Shown piece by piece: positions 12,801 to 24,600 of a DNA stretch of 64,000 nucleotides (position 1 is its first letter; each line of letters opens with the position of its first letter). Below the pieces are notes generated by a model. It worked only from the letters and a program-made list of their open reading frames with translations. It ran no database searches and was not told the DNA's origin. The position numbers and the translations under genes are program-made. This DNA is from Scenedesmus sp. PABB004 (lineage: Eukaryota). Where the stretch lies: assembly GCA_014905635.1 (NCBI GenBank), contig JABVCE010000004.1, positions 310,001 to 374,000 on the forward strand. Direction: 5' to 3'.

Positions 12801-14788
12801 GGCGCGGCCGCGGGGCCGACGCAGCTAGCGGCAGCAAGCGCGGCGCGGGGCGCGAGCACCTGCACCACCGCGGCGAGCGCCGCCTCGAGCACCCACGCCG
12901 CCGGCAGCGCGTTGACGACCAGGGGGCCGTCGCCCCACGCCGCCAGGCCGGGCAGCATACCAGCCATGCCCAGCACCACCACCGGCGCGGCGAGCGCGCC
13001 GCCAACGACCAGCCGGCGCCGCCAGACCGCCGCCTCGCGCTCCATCGCGCCGCCGGGGCCGCCTGCAGCGCGCCGGCGAGCACCGGCGAGCGCCGGCGCC
13101 CGCCGCAGCGGTGAGCGCGCCGCGCCGCCGGGTTCGCGGCAGGCGCCCCCGCCGGCGCGCCGCGCGCCGCTCACCCGGCTCGCCGCCGGCAGGCGCGAGC
13201 GCCGCGTCAAAGCCGGCGTCCGCGATGGCGTCGAGGATGTCGCGCGGCCCCGTCGGGCCGGCAGGGTCGTAGCTCACGTCCGCCTGCTGAGTGAGCAGGC
13301 TCACAGACACCGACAGCACGCCGGGCAGCCGCCGCACCGCCGCCTCCACGCTCGCGACGCAGCTGGCGCAGCTCATGCCGCCGAGGCTGAGCGTCAGCGC
13401 CGCCGCCGTCGCCGCCTTGGCGCCGCCGCCTTGGCCGCCGCCTGGCAGGGCCGCGTCGACGCGCAGCAGGCGCGCCGGGTACCCCAGGTCGCCCGCGGCC
13501 TCGGCGACCGCCTCGGCGCTCGTCAGCGCCGGGTCGAAGGTCACGGCGAGGCTGCCGGTCAGCAGCGACGCGCTCGCGGCCGTGACGCCGCGCTGGCGCG
13601 CGAGCCCGCCCTCGAGCGCGGCGACGCAGCTGCCGCAGCTCATTCCGCTGACCTCGTACGTCGCTGTGGCGGCGGACGCCGCCTGCTTGGCCGCCGCCAC
13701 GGTGAGCGCCACGTGCGGCTGCGCCCCCGCCTGCGGCAGGCCTGGCAGCCCGAGCTGCCGCACGTCCGGCAGCAGCTGCTTGACCGGCGACGGCCTGCCC
13801 GGCGAGGGCAGGCCCCCCCTGCTGGGCACGCGCGCGAGCGCCGGCGCGTTGGCCAGCAGCGCGCCCAGCAGCGCCGCTGGGCTGCCGCCCGCTGCGGCGA
13901 GCTCGTCGTACAACGTCGCGCCGGGGCTGGCGGGGCCGCCGGGGCTGCCGACAAAGAGCTGCGGCCCCGGCTGGAAGGTGAAGCCCCGGGGCTCCAGCAC
14001 AGCCGCCACGCGCGGCTGCGCCGCCGCGGCCGCGGGGCGGGGCAGCAGCACCTCCAGGCCCGCCGTCACCCAGTCGAGCCGCACACCTGCGGGGCAGCGG
14101 TGCGCAGGGCTCGGCGCGCGCGGGGCAGATGGGGCAGACGGCAGGGCAGCCGCGCGCCCGCGGGGCTGGCGCCGCCACACCGCGCGCTCACCGATCACGC
14201 CCAGTGCCGCCTCCGGCGCGTGCAGGAGCGCCGCCGCCGCCGCGTGCGCGCCCGCCTCCATCGCCGCGCGGCTGGCGGCGCTGAAGCACAGCGCCGCGGC
14301 GGGCTGCGACAGCTGCTGCACGAGCGCGCCGGCCTGCGCCAGCGCCTCCGCGTCGTTGCAGGTGCAGCCGGCGCAGGTGCAGACACAGAGCGAGAGGACA
14401 GGCGTCGCGGCGCCGCGGACGAGGAGGTGGGAGCAGGTGCAGCCCGCGGCGGGGTCGCCCCGACAGCCGGAGCAGGGACAGGCCGCAGGTTGGTCAGCGG
14501 CGCCGCCGGCGCAGCAGCCGCCGCCGGCAGAGGCGCCGTCGCGCGGCAGCAGCGGCTCGTGCAGCTCCTCGCTGCCGTGTGCCGCTTCCCGCCTCCTGTG
14601 GCAGCGGGAGCGGCGGGCGGCGATCCGCGCCGTGCCGCTGGCGGCAGCGGCGGCAGCAGCGGCGCGTGCCGCGCTCCCGCCCGCGCCGCGCACCCGCCGC
14701 CGAAGCCCAGGCCCTGTTTGGCGCGCTGTGCGCCCGAGCCCTTGGCGCGGAGCTCGTCGTAGAGCGCGGCGGCCTTGGCCTCCTCCAT
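9845..14788 (-). CDS. Cu(+)-transporting P1B-1 ATPase (HMA5/RAN1/CTP-like), multi-exon
   Basis: Two HMA motifs (GMSCGSC, GMSCASC), VDESMLTGE, ACPCALGLATPT, DKTGTLT, SEHPL, MVGDGINDSPAL, YN and MAASS in the last TM helices. First exon 14788-14694 splices in frame to 14595. Confidence 0.93.
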
Positions 14789-15215
14789 GGCGGCGGCTCG
14801 ACCGCCGCTCGCGATGGCCGGCGCCGCTGCTGCCGCGGCGCCGCCTACGGCTGCCCGGGCATGGCGCCCGGCGCCTCGCCGCGAGCCCGCCTCACTGACT
14901 AATCAACCGCACGGGCGCGCGGCGACCGGGCGGGAGGGGCGCCGCACTTGCGCTGGAGGCGGCGGCGGGCGCGCGTGTGTGTACGGGACGTGGGCACAGC
15001 GTGGCGGCGGCTGTGTGGTGCGCTGGCGGAGCGCCCTGCCGTGTCCGGGCGCAGCGCGCCCCGGCGGCGTGGCTGGGCGCCACGCGCCGCAGGCCCTGGC
15101 ACACGCGGCGCGGCGCGGGGCGCGGGGCGTGCGGCGGCGCACGTGCGCAGCGCGCGCCGCGCAGGGCAGGAGCGCTGGAGCGTGAGCCCTCATCACACAG
15201 TCTGTGCGCCCCTCG
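14620..15215 (-). repeat. Copy A of a roughly 600-bp inverted duplication (promoter + exon 1 + intron donor); partner at about 33735-34345
   Basis: The reverse complement aligns with 33735-34345. Exon 1 is 93/95 nt identical and the flanks carry indels. Ends are approximate. Confidence 0.95.
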
Positions 15216-15704
15216 GCCAGGCGCGCGGTCAACGGGCGGCCGAGCATCAAGCGACCGCCCCGCCGGCGGTGGAGCGCGCTGTGCAGTTTACATTTCCGAG
15301 GAGCGCGCCAGCCAGCGCACTGACCAAAACCCCAGCCGCCGGTCATTGTGCCCACGTGGTCAGCAGCGTCGTTCAGTGCGGCGCCACCGCGGCGGGCGCG
15401 GCCCCCCCCCCCCCCCCACGCCGCCGCGGCAAACAGTTCGTGCTGGCAGCGGGCGCTTCTGCAGCGCCTGCGCTGCCGCGGCCCCTGCGCGGTGCCGCCT
15501 GAACGGCCATCCTGAACCCTGCTGCCTGTCTGTCGCCCCGTGTCACTGTGCAGTCGGCGCCGCCACGCCGCCCGTATGTGCGGGCTCGTCAGCCGCCGGC
15601 GCCCAGGGCTGCCTGGCGCGCGGTCATGGCCCGGCGGCTGGTAATCGACGCTACTCGCCCTCCCGACGCGGCCCGCCCGCCGCGGCCGGCCGGCGCCGCC
15701 GCGC

Positions 15705-18128
15705 TCAGCGGGCCTTGCCGCCCTTGGCCGCCGCGCGGCCCGCCGCGACGCTCGCCTCGAGCTGGTCCAGCTCCTGCCACATCGCCGCGGCGCTGAAGTC
15801 CTGCCACGCGGCGTGCTGCTCGCGGATCGGCCGGTTCGCGCGCAGCACGGCCGAGTTGAACTTGAAGCCTGCTCGTGGCGGCGGCGGCGGGCGCGGCGGC
15901 CGGGGCGTGAGCGGCGCGGGAAGAGGGCGGAGGGCGGCCGCAGCGCGCCCGCGCGCCGCCGCCGCCGCCTGCGCTCGCACGCGCGCGCGGCGCCGCTGCG
16001 CACCCGAGCCAAACGCGAGCTGCCACACGCGCTGGCCCTTGGTCACGCCGTAGGTCGACTCGATGTAGGCGAGCTCGTACCAGACGCTCGTGGAGCTGGT
16101 GTTGCCAAAGCGGTAGAGGCTCGCGCGGCTCGGCTCGACCTGGGCCCGCGAGAGGCCCATCTCCTTCTCCAGGCCGTCGATGATGCCGCGGCCGCCGGTG
16201 TGGATGGCGTAAAAGTCAAAGGCCTTGCGGAAGTCGGGCGTGTAGGGCGCCAGCCAGGCCTTTGGCAGCGCGGCGCGCAGCGGCGGGCACGCGCGCGCGG
16301 CGGCGCGCGCGCCGGCCGACGCGCCAAACGCGGCGAGCTCGCTCCACGGCAGCACGCGCGGGCCGAGCGAGGTCATGTTGGCGCGCAGCGCCTGCGCGCC
16401 GACGCTGATGAGGTCCTTGTTGAGCCGCACGCCGAGCTGGCCGTCGCCGTCCTCGGTCTGGTACACGCAGGCGTACGCGACGTCGTCGGCCGCGAGGCTC
16501 GTGCGCACGAGCACAGGGATGGTGTACTTGGCCGCGCCCGCGTGGCGGCGCTTGTTGCTCAGCAGCACGGCCGAGCCGTTGGAGCGGAAGAGGCACTGCG
16601 GCGCGCGCGCGGACCGCCGCGGCGTTAGGCGCGCGTCTGCGGCGCGCGCTGCGGGCCGGGCAGCCGGCGGGGCTGGCGCGGGCTGCGGGCTGGCGCTGGC
16701 GCTGCGCAGACAGCTGCGGCGCGGCTCACGTTGGGGATGAGCATGCCGCGGTCGTTGCCGCAGTAGTAGTTGTTGGTGATGTTCTCGTGGCTCACCTGGG
16801 CCGCAGGGGCGGCGCGGGCCAGGCGTGTGAGGTATTTTTTTATCGGCGCGGGGCGGCGCGGGGCGGCGCGGGGCGCGGGGCGTCGCGAGCGCGGGGCGCC
16901 GCCGCACCACGAGCGCTGTCTTGTTGGGGTGGCGCTCGAGCAGGTCCTTGGCCAGGTCTAGCGCGATGACGCCTGCGCGGCGCGGCGCGCCGGCGGCGCG
17001 CGCGGTGCAGTTGGCGCGCGCCCCCGCCTCGCCGCCGCGCTGCCGCCGCGCCACGCGCCGCCTTGGGTCCGCCGCGGCCCCGGCGCCGCCACTGCACGCA
17101 CCCGCGGAGCAGCCCATGCCCCCGAGCGAGTAGTTGAGCGTGCCGGGGCGCATCTTAAAGTAGTTCATGATCGCCGCGCTCAGGCTGGGCGTGGGGTTGA
17201 AGAGGCTGCTGTTGGTGATGACGATGTCGACGCCGCTCGCCGGCACGCCCGCCTTGGACAGCACCTCGGCGATGGTCGGGAAGCAGGTCGCGGCAAACTC
17301 AAACCTGGACGCCGCGCGGCGCGCGGCGGCACGCGTAAGCGTGCGCGGGTGGGCGCGCGGCGCGGGGGCAGAGGCCGCGCGGACGCCGCCGGCGCGGCGC
17401 GGCGCCCCGTGCACGGCGGCGGCGGCGCACCGCGCCGCCTCGATGCCCAGCTGGCCCGCGTCGCCGCTCTGGATCGCCGGGCAGACCGCCGTGTCGTCGC
17501 CCAGGCCCGTCCTGCGCGCGCGGCGCGCGCAACGTGAGTGCGCCGCCCTCGCGCTGTCTCGCGCGCGCGCCGGCGCTGCCCCGCGCGGCTCCGGGCGCGG
17601 CCGTATGGTGCCCGCGGCGCGCGCAGCGCGCGCACCTGTACGCAATCTTCTCCTGGAAGTCAATGTCCTCCGCCGTGAACATCTCGCGCTTCTCGCACAG
17701 CGACCGGATCTCGCTGCGCGGGAAGCGCCAGCTGAGCGGCGGCGGTCGGCGCAGCCGGCGGCGGCGGGGGCGCGGTCAGGCCCGTGCGCGCCCCGCGCGG
17801 CCGTGCGCGTCGTGCGGGCGCCACGGCGGCGGGCCGCGCCGCGCCTGGGGTCGGGCTTGTGCACCGCAAAGTCGAGGACGTAGACGGTGGGGAAGCTGCG
17901 CGGCCGCAGGCTCCACAGGTGCGCGAGCAGCAGGGCGCCCGCGAGCATCAGCAGCGGGTGCACCGTGATGCTGGCGCCGCCCAGGGCGCCCCACACCCCG
18001 CTCCCGCCCAGCTCCAGCTGTGACAGCGAGCTGGTGAGGTCGTCCAGGCCGCGCAGGCCGCACACGGTGGCGAGCAGGCCCACGGCCGGCATCACCGCCT
18101 GGCTCACCGCCTCCATGGCCGCCTCCAT
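15705..18128 (-). CDS. KCS: 3-ketoacyl-CoA synthase (FAE1/KCS, very-long-chain fatty acid elongase)
   Basis: VYVLDFAVHKP, TNSSLFNPTPSLSA, YSLGGMGCSAG (catalytic Cys), CLFRSNGSAVLLSN, IHTGGRGII, LYRFGNTSSTSVWYEL, QLAFGSG|FKFNSAV. Confidence 0.95.
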   Translation of the reverse strand: MEAAMEAVSQAVMPAVGLLATVCGLRGLDDLTSSLSQLELGGSGVWGALGGASITVHPLLMLAGALLLAHLWSLRPRSFPTVYVLDFAVHKPDPRRGAARRRGARTTRTAARGAHGPDRAPAAAGCADRRRSAGASRAARSGRCARSARCSRRRTLTSRRRLRTGARAARAAGTIRPRPEPRGAAPARARDSARAAHSRCARRARRTGLGDDTAVCPAIQSGDAGQLGIEAARCAAAAVHGAPRRAGGVRAASAPAPRAHPRTLTRAAARRAASRFEFAATCFPTIAEVLSKAGVPASGVDIVITNSSLFNPTPSLSAAIMNYFKMRPGTLNYSLGGMGCSAGACSGGAGAAADPRRRVARRQRGGEAGARANCTARAAGAPRRAGVIALDLAKDLLERHPNKTALVVRRRPALATPRAPRRPAPPRADKKIPHTPGPRRPCGPGEPREHHQQLLLRQRPRHAHPQREPRRSCLRSASASPQPAPAPPAARPAARAADARLTPRRSARAPQCLFRSNGSAVLLSNKRRHAGAAKYTIPVLVRTSLAADDVAYACVYQTEDGDGQLGVRLNKDLISVGAQALRANMTSLGPRVLPWSELAAFGASAGARAAARACPPLRAALPKAWLAPYTPDFRKAFDFYAIHTGGRGIIDGLEKEMGLSRAQVEPSRASLYRFGNTSSTSVWYELAYIESTYGVTKGQRVWQLAFGSGAQRRRARVRAQAAAAARGRAAAALRPLPAPLTPRPPRPPPPPRAGFKFNSAVLRANRPIREQHAAWQDFSAAAMWQELDQLEASVAAGRAAAKGGKAR

Positions 18129-18663
18129 GCGGCGCCGCGCGCCGCTGTCGTGTATTAGACCCGCTGACCCCACGCCCAGCTCACAGGCGGTCCCGGGAGG
18201 GTCGAGCGCGCCAGGCGCGGCCCGCACAGCGCCAACTCCCGCGGCGACGTCCGCCGGGGGCGCGCAGCTCCGCGCGACGCTTGTATAGGTGTGGCGAGTC
18301 ACGGCAAGAGCTTTGCACGCGCTGCCAGGGCGCGACGCTGCGGCAGGGCGCGGCGGGAGCAGCAGCTGCGCGCGAGCAGCACGGCGGCTGCCAGCGCGTG
18401 CGCGACACTGCTGCGAGAGGCCAGTCACAACTACCGGACGCCACTGGACGGCTGTGGCGGTGGCGGGGGCGGCCGACGGGTAGCTCGGGCGCGGCGCGGC
18501 TCCTGCAACCCGCGGGCTGTGTCCACCCGCGCCGCGCGCGCCCGGGCGCTGTCAGCAGCGCCAACGAGCTTTCCAATCTCCGACACACCTCCAGAAGCCG
18601 CCAGGCGCGCAGGTGCCGCGCTGCGGCAGCGACCGCCGCCGACCGCTGCGGGCCGCCCAGCGC

Positions 18664-21600
18664 TCAGCCCAGCGCGCCGCCGCCCAGTCCCTCGAGTCCC
18701 TCCTGCAGGATGCCCACGACCGCACTGTCCAGAACGAGGTCGGCAAACGCCGCAAAGCCCGGCGCCGCCGGCGGAATGGCAGCGCTCGCAGGCGCACCCA
18801 CGGCCGGCGCCGCGGCTGACGCAGCTACGCTCGCCTCCTGCCCCTGCCCCGGCTGCTGTGGTCTCTGGCACAGCTGCGCGTAGGTGGGCACCGGCGGCGG
18901 CGGGAGGCGCTCAAAGGCTGCCGCCACGTCGCCGTCGGCCCACACCTCGCGCAGCAGCTCCCCCACCACCGCGCCCGCCGCCGCGAGCGGCGGGCCAGCC
19001 GCCCGCCCGGCGTCGCCTGCGCCGCCCGCGCCGCCCGCGCCCGCGCCCGTCGTGCCAGCCGCGGCGGCGGCGGCGGCCGCCGCCGCCGCCGCCGCCGCGC
19101 ACGGCGCCATGCTGCCAGGCGGCACCAGCAGGCTCACGGGCCGCTCCACGGGCAGCAGCAGGTGCGCGACTGCCAGCAGCTTGGCCGCGTCGCGCGCCTC
19201 GGCAGGCTGCATGTAGCTGCCCGCCTGGATGTGGGCCCGGCCGAGCACGCTGCCCTGCACAGTGACCACGAGCAGCTGCGGCGGCGCCGGCGCGCCGTCG
19301 CACGACACGGCGCGGTCGCCGCCCACGCGCGCGGCCGCCGCCGTGAGCGCGGTGTGCAGCGACGCGCCCAGGCCGCCGCCGGCGCCGGCGGCGGCCGCCT
19401 GCAGGCTGAGCGCGTGCGCGTGCTGCCGGTCCAGCAGCTCGAAGCGGCTGCACGTGGACGCGGTCATGGCCAGGTGCAGCGGCAGCCGCGCGCGCGCCTT
19501 GCGGCCCAGGCCGCGCGGCACGGGCGACCGCCTGCGCGCACCGGTGGCGGCGCTGGTGTGAGCCGGGCGACGCGCGCGCCGGCGCGGCACACGCCCCACG
19601 CCGCCGCGCCTACCGTTCTGGGTGCTGGGCGATGACCTGCTCCGCCTCCGCGCCCTGCTCCAGCTCCAGCTGCTGCTGCTGCTCCAGCTGCTGCTGCTGC
19701 GGCTCGCCCCGCTCCCACGGCGGCGGCGACGGCGAGCGCTCGAGCTCGCGCTCTGACTCGCCGCTCGGCCCCAGCGGCCGCGCATAGCAGTGGACCTCCC
19801 CCGCAAACAGCTGTGGCGCCAGCCCCGCCTCAAAGGTCAGCTGGCACACACGCGCCTCGCCCGGCTCCAGCACGCCTGCGCCGAGGGCGGCGGCGCGCGC
19901 GGGGCGGTGGGCAGGCCGCGCCCCGCGCCGCAGCCGCGCGGCTGCGCCCTGCCGGCCAGCACCCTGGTGGGCGGCCCGCCACAGCCCTCCCTGCTGCCCG
20001 CACCGCTCGCCGGCGCCACCGCGAGGCGGCCGCTGATGGCGGCGCGCGCCTCCTCAAACACGCCCAGCTGCCACACGAATGCGAGCGGCGCCGCGCCCGC
20101 GTTGCTGAGGCGCAGCAGCCGTCGCGCCGTGCTGGCCGGCAGCACGACGCCCAGGTCGACCAGCTCTGCGCTCGCGCGCAGCGTGCGGCTCGGTGGCGCG
20201 GCGGCGGGTGCAGCACTGAAGCCCACCCAGTCCTGCCAGCGCCTGCGGGCGCGCGGCGCGGCCGGCCGCGTTGGCGGGGGCGGCGGGCGGCGGGGCGCAG
20301 CGGCCGCGCAGCCGTGCGGCCGCCGCGCGCTCACTGCGCCGCCTCCTCGTCGCTGCACGGCCCGCCGCCGGGCGCCTCGCGTGGGTTGAAGCCGCGCCCG
20401 CGCAGCAGCAGCGGCACCGGCGGCGCGGCGCCGAGCGCGAGCGGCAGCGCCACGCTGTAGGTCCGGGCCTCCAGCGGCGCGAAGGCCCAGTTGAAGACCG
20501 CGACGTCGCCGGGCGGGACCTCGCCTGCGCGGCGCCGGCGCGGCGCCGGCTCAGCACGGCGCGCGCTGCGCTGCGCAGGGGCGCCGCCCGCAGGGGCGCC
20601 TGCCGGCCGGCGGCGCAGTGTCAAGCCCAGCGCGACTCCACCCACCCCACCTGCGAGGGGGCTGCCGCCGGCAAACTTGATGACCTCGGCGCCGTAGTGC
20701 TGCTCCGCCAGCGCCGCCAGCGGCGAGACGTCCAGCCTGCGGGGGGCGCGGCGCGGGCGCACGGCGCGTCGGCTGGCGGCGCGGCGCCCGCACCCCGGAT
20801 GCCTCGGGGCGAGGCGGGGCGGCCCACCTGTACTGCAGGGGCGCGGGGCCGCCGTTGCGCAGCGTGTAGCTCTGCAGCGGCGGCTCCAGCTCGCCGAGCG
20901 GCGCGGGCGCGAGCACGCAGCTGTGCGCGCCGCGCGCCGCGAGCGCCAGCTGCGCGCACGGCGACACGGCGCGGCCGCGCAGCTGCAGCTGCAGCTGCTT
21001 GCCGTCGCGCACGCGCAGGAAGAGCGGCAGCTGGTAGCTGCCCTCGGCCACCGGATTGAACGCAAGGCAGACCTGCTTGCCGCGCGCGCGGCGCGGCGCG
21101 GCGGCGCGGCGGGCGACGGCCCGCTCAGCGCTCGCTCGCCAGCCGCCCCTGCACTGCCGCCTGCGGCGGCGGCGCGCGCACCTGGGCGCTGGCGCCGGGC
21201 GCGAGGTCGCCGCTGCGCGGGTGCAGCTCAAACACGCCGTGCTCCAGGATGAACGCGCGCTCGCGCTCCGCCTGGCTCAGCGGGCGCGGCGGCTCGACCC
21301 AGTTCTCCAGCTCCACCTCTGGCGTGTCGTAGCTGTGCAGCTCCCAGTGCAGCGGCACGCCGCCCTCGTTGGTGAGCGCAAGCCAGAACGCGCGGCGCGG
21401 GGCGCCCGCCGCCGCGGCGCCCAGGTCGACCTCAAACGGCGGCAGCAGCGCCGCGGCGTTGTCGTTGGTGAGCCCGCCGGCGTCGCTGAGCGCCTGCGCG
21501 CGCAGCTCCACCGCCGACACGGGGGCACGCAGCTCGGCGTTGAGCTGCGCCAGCCCCAGCATCTGCCAGGCGACCTGCGCGGCGGCGGCAGCAGCGCGTG

Positions 21601-24600
21601 GCGCGGCGGCGCGTGGTGAGTAAGCTGTGTACCGCCCGCCGGTCGCCCGCGCCGCGCGCCAGCATGGGCGGCCCAGGGAGCCCGCGCGCCCAGCTGCTGC
21701 CAGCACTGAGCCTCACCGCCTTGGGCAGGCCGTGGCAGAAGACGTCCGTGAGCAGCAGCGAGGGGAAGCTGGCGGCGGCGGTGATGCTCACGCTTGCGAG
21801 CGGCGGCCGCTCGGCGTCGGCGGGCCCCGGCGCGGGCGAGCAGCACCGCTCCTGGCCTCCAGCCTCGTCCAGCGCGCCCGGCGCGGGGCTGCCGCTGCCG
21901 GGCCGGCTGCCGCCGAGGCTGCCGCCGAGCGCGCCGCCGGCCTGCTGGGCGCGGACCTCCAGGCGCAGCGCGTAGCTGCCCCGTCGCCGCGGCAGCAGGG
22001 TGAGCGTGATGGGCTTGGAGGAGCTGCGGCGGCGGCGGGGGCGCGTGAGGCGCCGCCGCGGCCGCGCGGGCCCGCGGCAGCGCATGTGCTGCGCCGACGG
22101 CGGCACCGCGGGCCCACCCCAGCCCAGCCCGGGACAGCGCACCGCGCGCTCAGGACGCCCTCCGGCTCGTCCACCCAGCAGTCTTCCACCTCGCTGCTGC
22201 CGGCACCGCCGGTGCTGCGCGCGGCCGCGAGCGCCGCCGCGGCGCTGCCAAACTCGCACGCGGGCGCGCCGCGGTCGACGCCGCCCGGCGCGTCGTCGCG
22301 CAGCGCCAGCGCGTAGCGCAGCACGCCGCCGCCCTGGTTGACGAGGCGGAGGCTGGCCGTCGCTGGCACGCCCACGCGCAGCTCGCCAAACGCGAGCGCG
22401 CCGGGCTCCAGGCTCAGCACGCCCTGCGTGGCCTCACCCACGATGGACAGGATGAGCTTCTCACCACACCCCTCGCCGCTGGCGCCGGCGCCGGGCTGCT
22501 CCTCCGCGCCCCCGGGCTCCGCGTCCAGCTGCTCCAGCTGCTCCTGCTGCTCCCGCTCGCCGCCGGCCGCGCCGGCGGCGGCGGCACTGACGCCGCAGCC
22601 GCCGCCGCCCGTGCCAGCGCCGGCCGCCTCGGGCGGCAGCAGCAGCAGCGCCGCGCGCGCGCTGTAGGTCTGCTGCCTGGTCGGCGCAAAGGTCAGCGTG
22701 ACCGTCGCGCTCTCGTGGCCGCGCAGCACGCCGCACTGCGGGCGCGGCGGGCGCGCGGGCGTGGGCCAGGCACTCGCGCCCGTCCGCGGGCGGCCAGGCT
22801 GGCCGGGCGCCCCAGCGGCGCAGCCGCGCCCGGCGCGAGCGCGGGCGCGAGCGCCGCCGCTCCCGCGCACCTCTGGCGTCGCCGTGACCGCGCCGGCGAG
22901 CTTGCGGCTGAGCAGCCAGCGCCAGCCGCAGGGCACGGGCGAGGCATTGGTGACCGTCACGCGGCGGTCCGAGGCCGCGCCGACGCAGGTGGGCCGGAAG
23001 AAGAGGCGCCCCTCCGGCACGTCCCACGCGAGCGCCGGCGCCGCCGCGACGCCGGAGAGGGCGAGGGCCGCGCTGCTCGCGGCGCAGTGGTTGAACGCCA
23101 CCGTGAGCCGCGCCGCCGCGGGGCCGAGCGCGCGCGGCCGGAAGCGCAGCGCCAGCAGCGCCTGGCCGCGCGGCTCAAGCACGCCCTGCGCCGGCAGCAC
23201 GGCAAACGGCCCAAACGCCGCGGCGCTGCCCGCCACGCCGCCGGGGCGGCGCCGGCGCCAGGGCCGGTGATGCGGAAGTGCACCGGCGTGTCGCCGGCAT
23301 TGGTCAGCGCCAGCGTCTGGTGCGCCGCGGCGCCGAGGCGGCACGGCGGGAAGGCAACCGCCGGCGCGCTGAGCGCGACGCGGGGCGAGGCCTCCAGGCT
23401 GGCGCCGGCACAGGTGTGCCCCGATGCCTGCGGGGGCGGGGCGGCGCGCGCGCGTGCGCGCGTGCTGAGGAGGCGGCGGGGAGGGCGCGTCGCAGCTCCT
23501 GCGCCGCGCCGCACCAGCAGGGACATGCTGAGCGGCGGCACGACGTGGCCGCCCTCGGGGACGAGCCGGTAGCTGCGCATGGCCTTGGGCACGGCCGACA
23601 GCAGCAGGGTCTGCACGTAGTGCGCGCCGTCGCGCGGCGGCCGGAACGCGAGCCGCACCGTTGCGGCTGCGCCGGGGCGCAGCTCCAGCGTCGCGGGATA
23701 CGCAGCGAAGACCTGCGCCGCCTCGGTGCCCGGCGGCGCGAGCGGGTCCGCCCAGGGCGGCGCGTCGAGCGAGACCAGCAGCCTGGCGTCACTGCGGTTT
23801 GTGACGGTGAGCGCGCGCGCCTCGCACGGCGCGAGCCAGCTGCAGGCGCCAAAGTCGACCGCGCACTCGCTCACGGCGAGCAGGCCGCCGGCGTCGAGGC
23901 CGTCAAACAGGAGGCCCCAGCCGTCGGGGCCGGGCAGCGCCGGCGGCGCGTCCGCGTGCGGCGCGGCCGAGCCGCCGCTGCTGCCGCGCGTGTGGCGCCC
24001 CGGCAGCACCTGTTGGAGCTGGTGCTGCTGGTGCTGCTGCTGCCAGTCGCCCGACGCCGCCGCCTCGGCCCCGCCGGTCGCCGCGGCCGGCGGGCCCGGC
24101 TGCCGCCGCTGCAGCGCTGCCGCCGCCGCCGCCGCCGCCGGGGCGTCCGGCAGCAGCGGCGCGCCTGCGGCCAGGCGCTCCAGGTGCGCCGCAACGTGCT
24201 TGTGGCTCAGCGGCGGCGGACGCAGCGCGTCGTCGTAGCAGCTCGCCAGCAGGTCGACCGCGACCGGGTCAGAGTCCTGCGGCGCATAGTCGTGCGTCAG
24301 CGCGGGCGCGCATGCACACGGGCCGCCGGGGCCCGGCGCCGCCGCCGCGCGCCGCACCCGCACGAGGCACACGACGCGCTGCCAGAAGTTGCCGGGCGCG
24401 CGCGCGGCGAAGCCGACCGCCACGTGCGCGATCGCGCGCGGGGGCACGGCGCCACGGCGCCGCGCGAGGCTGAACGCGCCGCCGGCGTCGCCGAGGAATT
24501 CGTACGTCAGCGGCGCGTCGCTGTCGTTCTGCAGGTAGAGAGCCTTGGCCGGCGGCGGCGCGCCCGCGCGCACGCAGCCAAACGACAGCGCGCGCGCGCT

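Noticed and set aside
14981..14984. GTAC copper-response core upstream of the Cu-ATPase (also 33968-33971)
   Set aside because: A single 4-mer is expected by chance every few hundred bp, and it is also present in the non-copper gene's copy.
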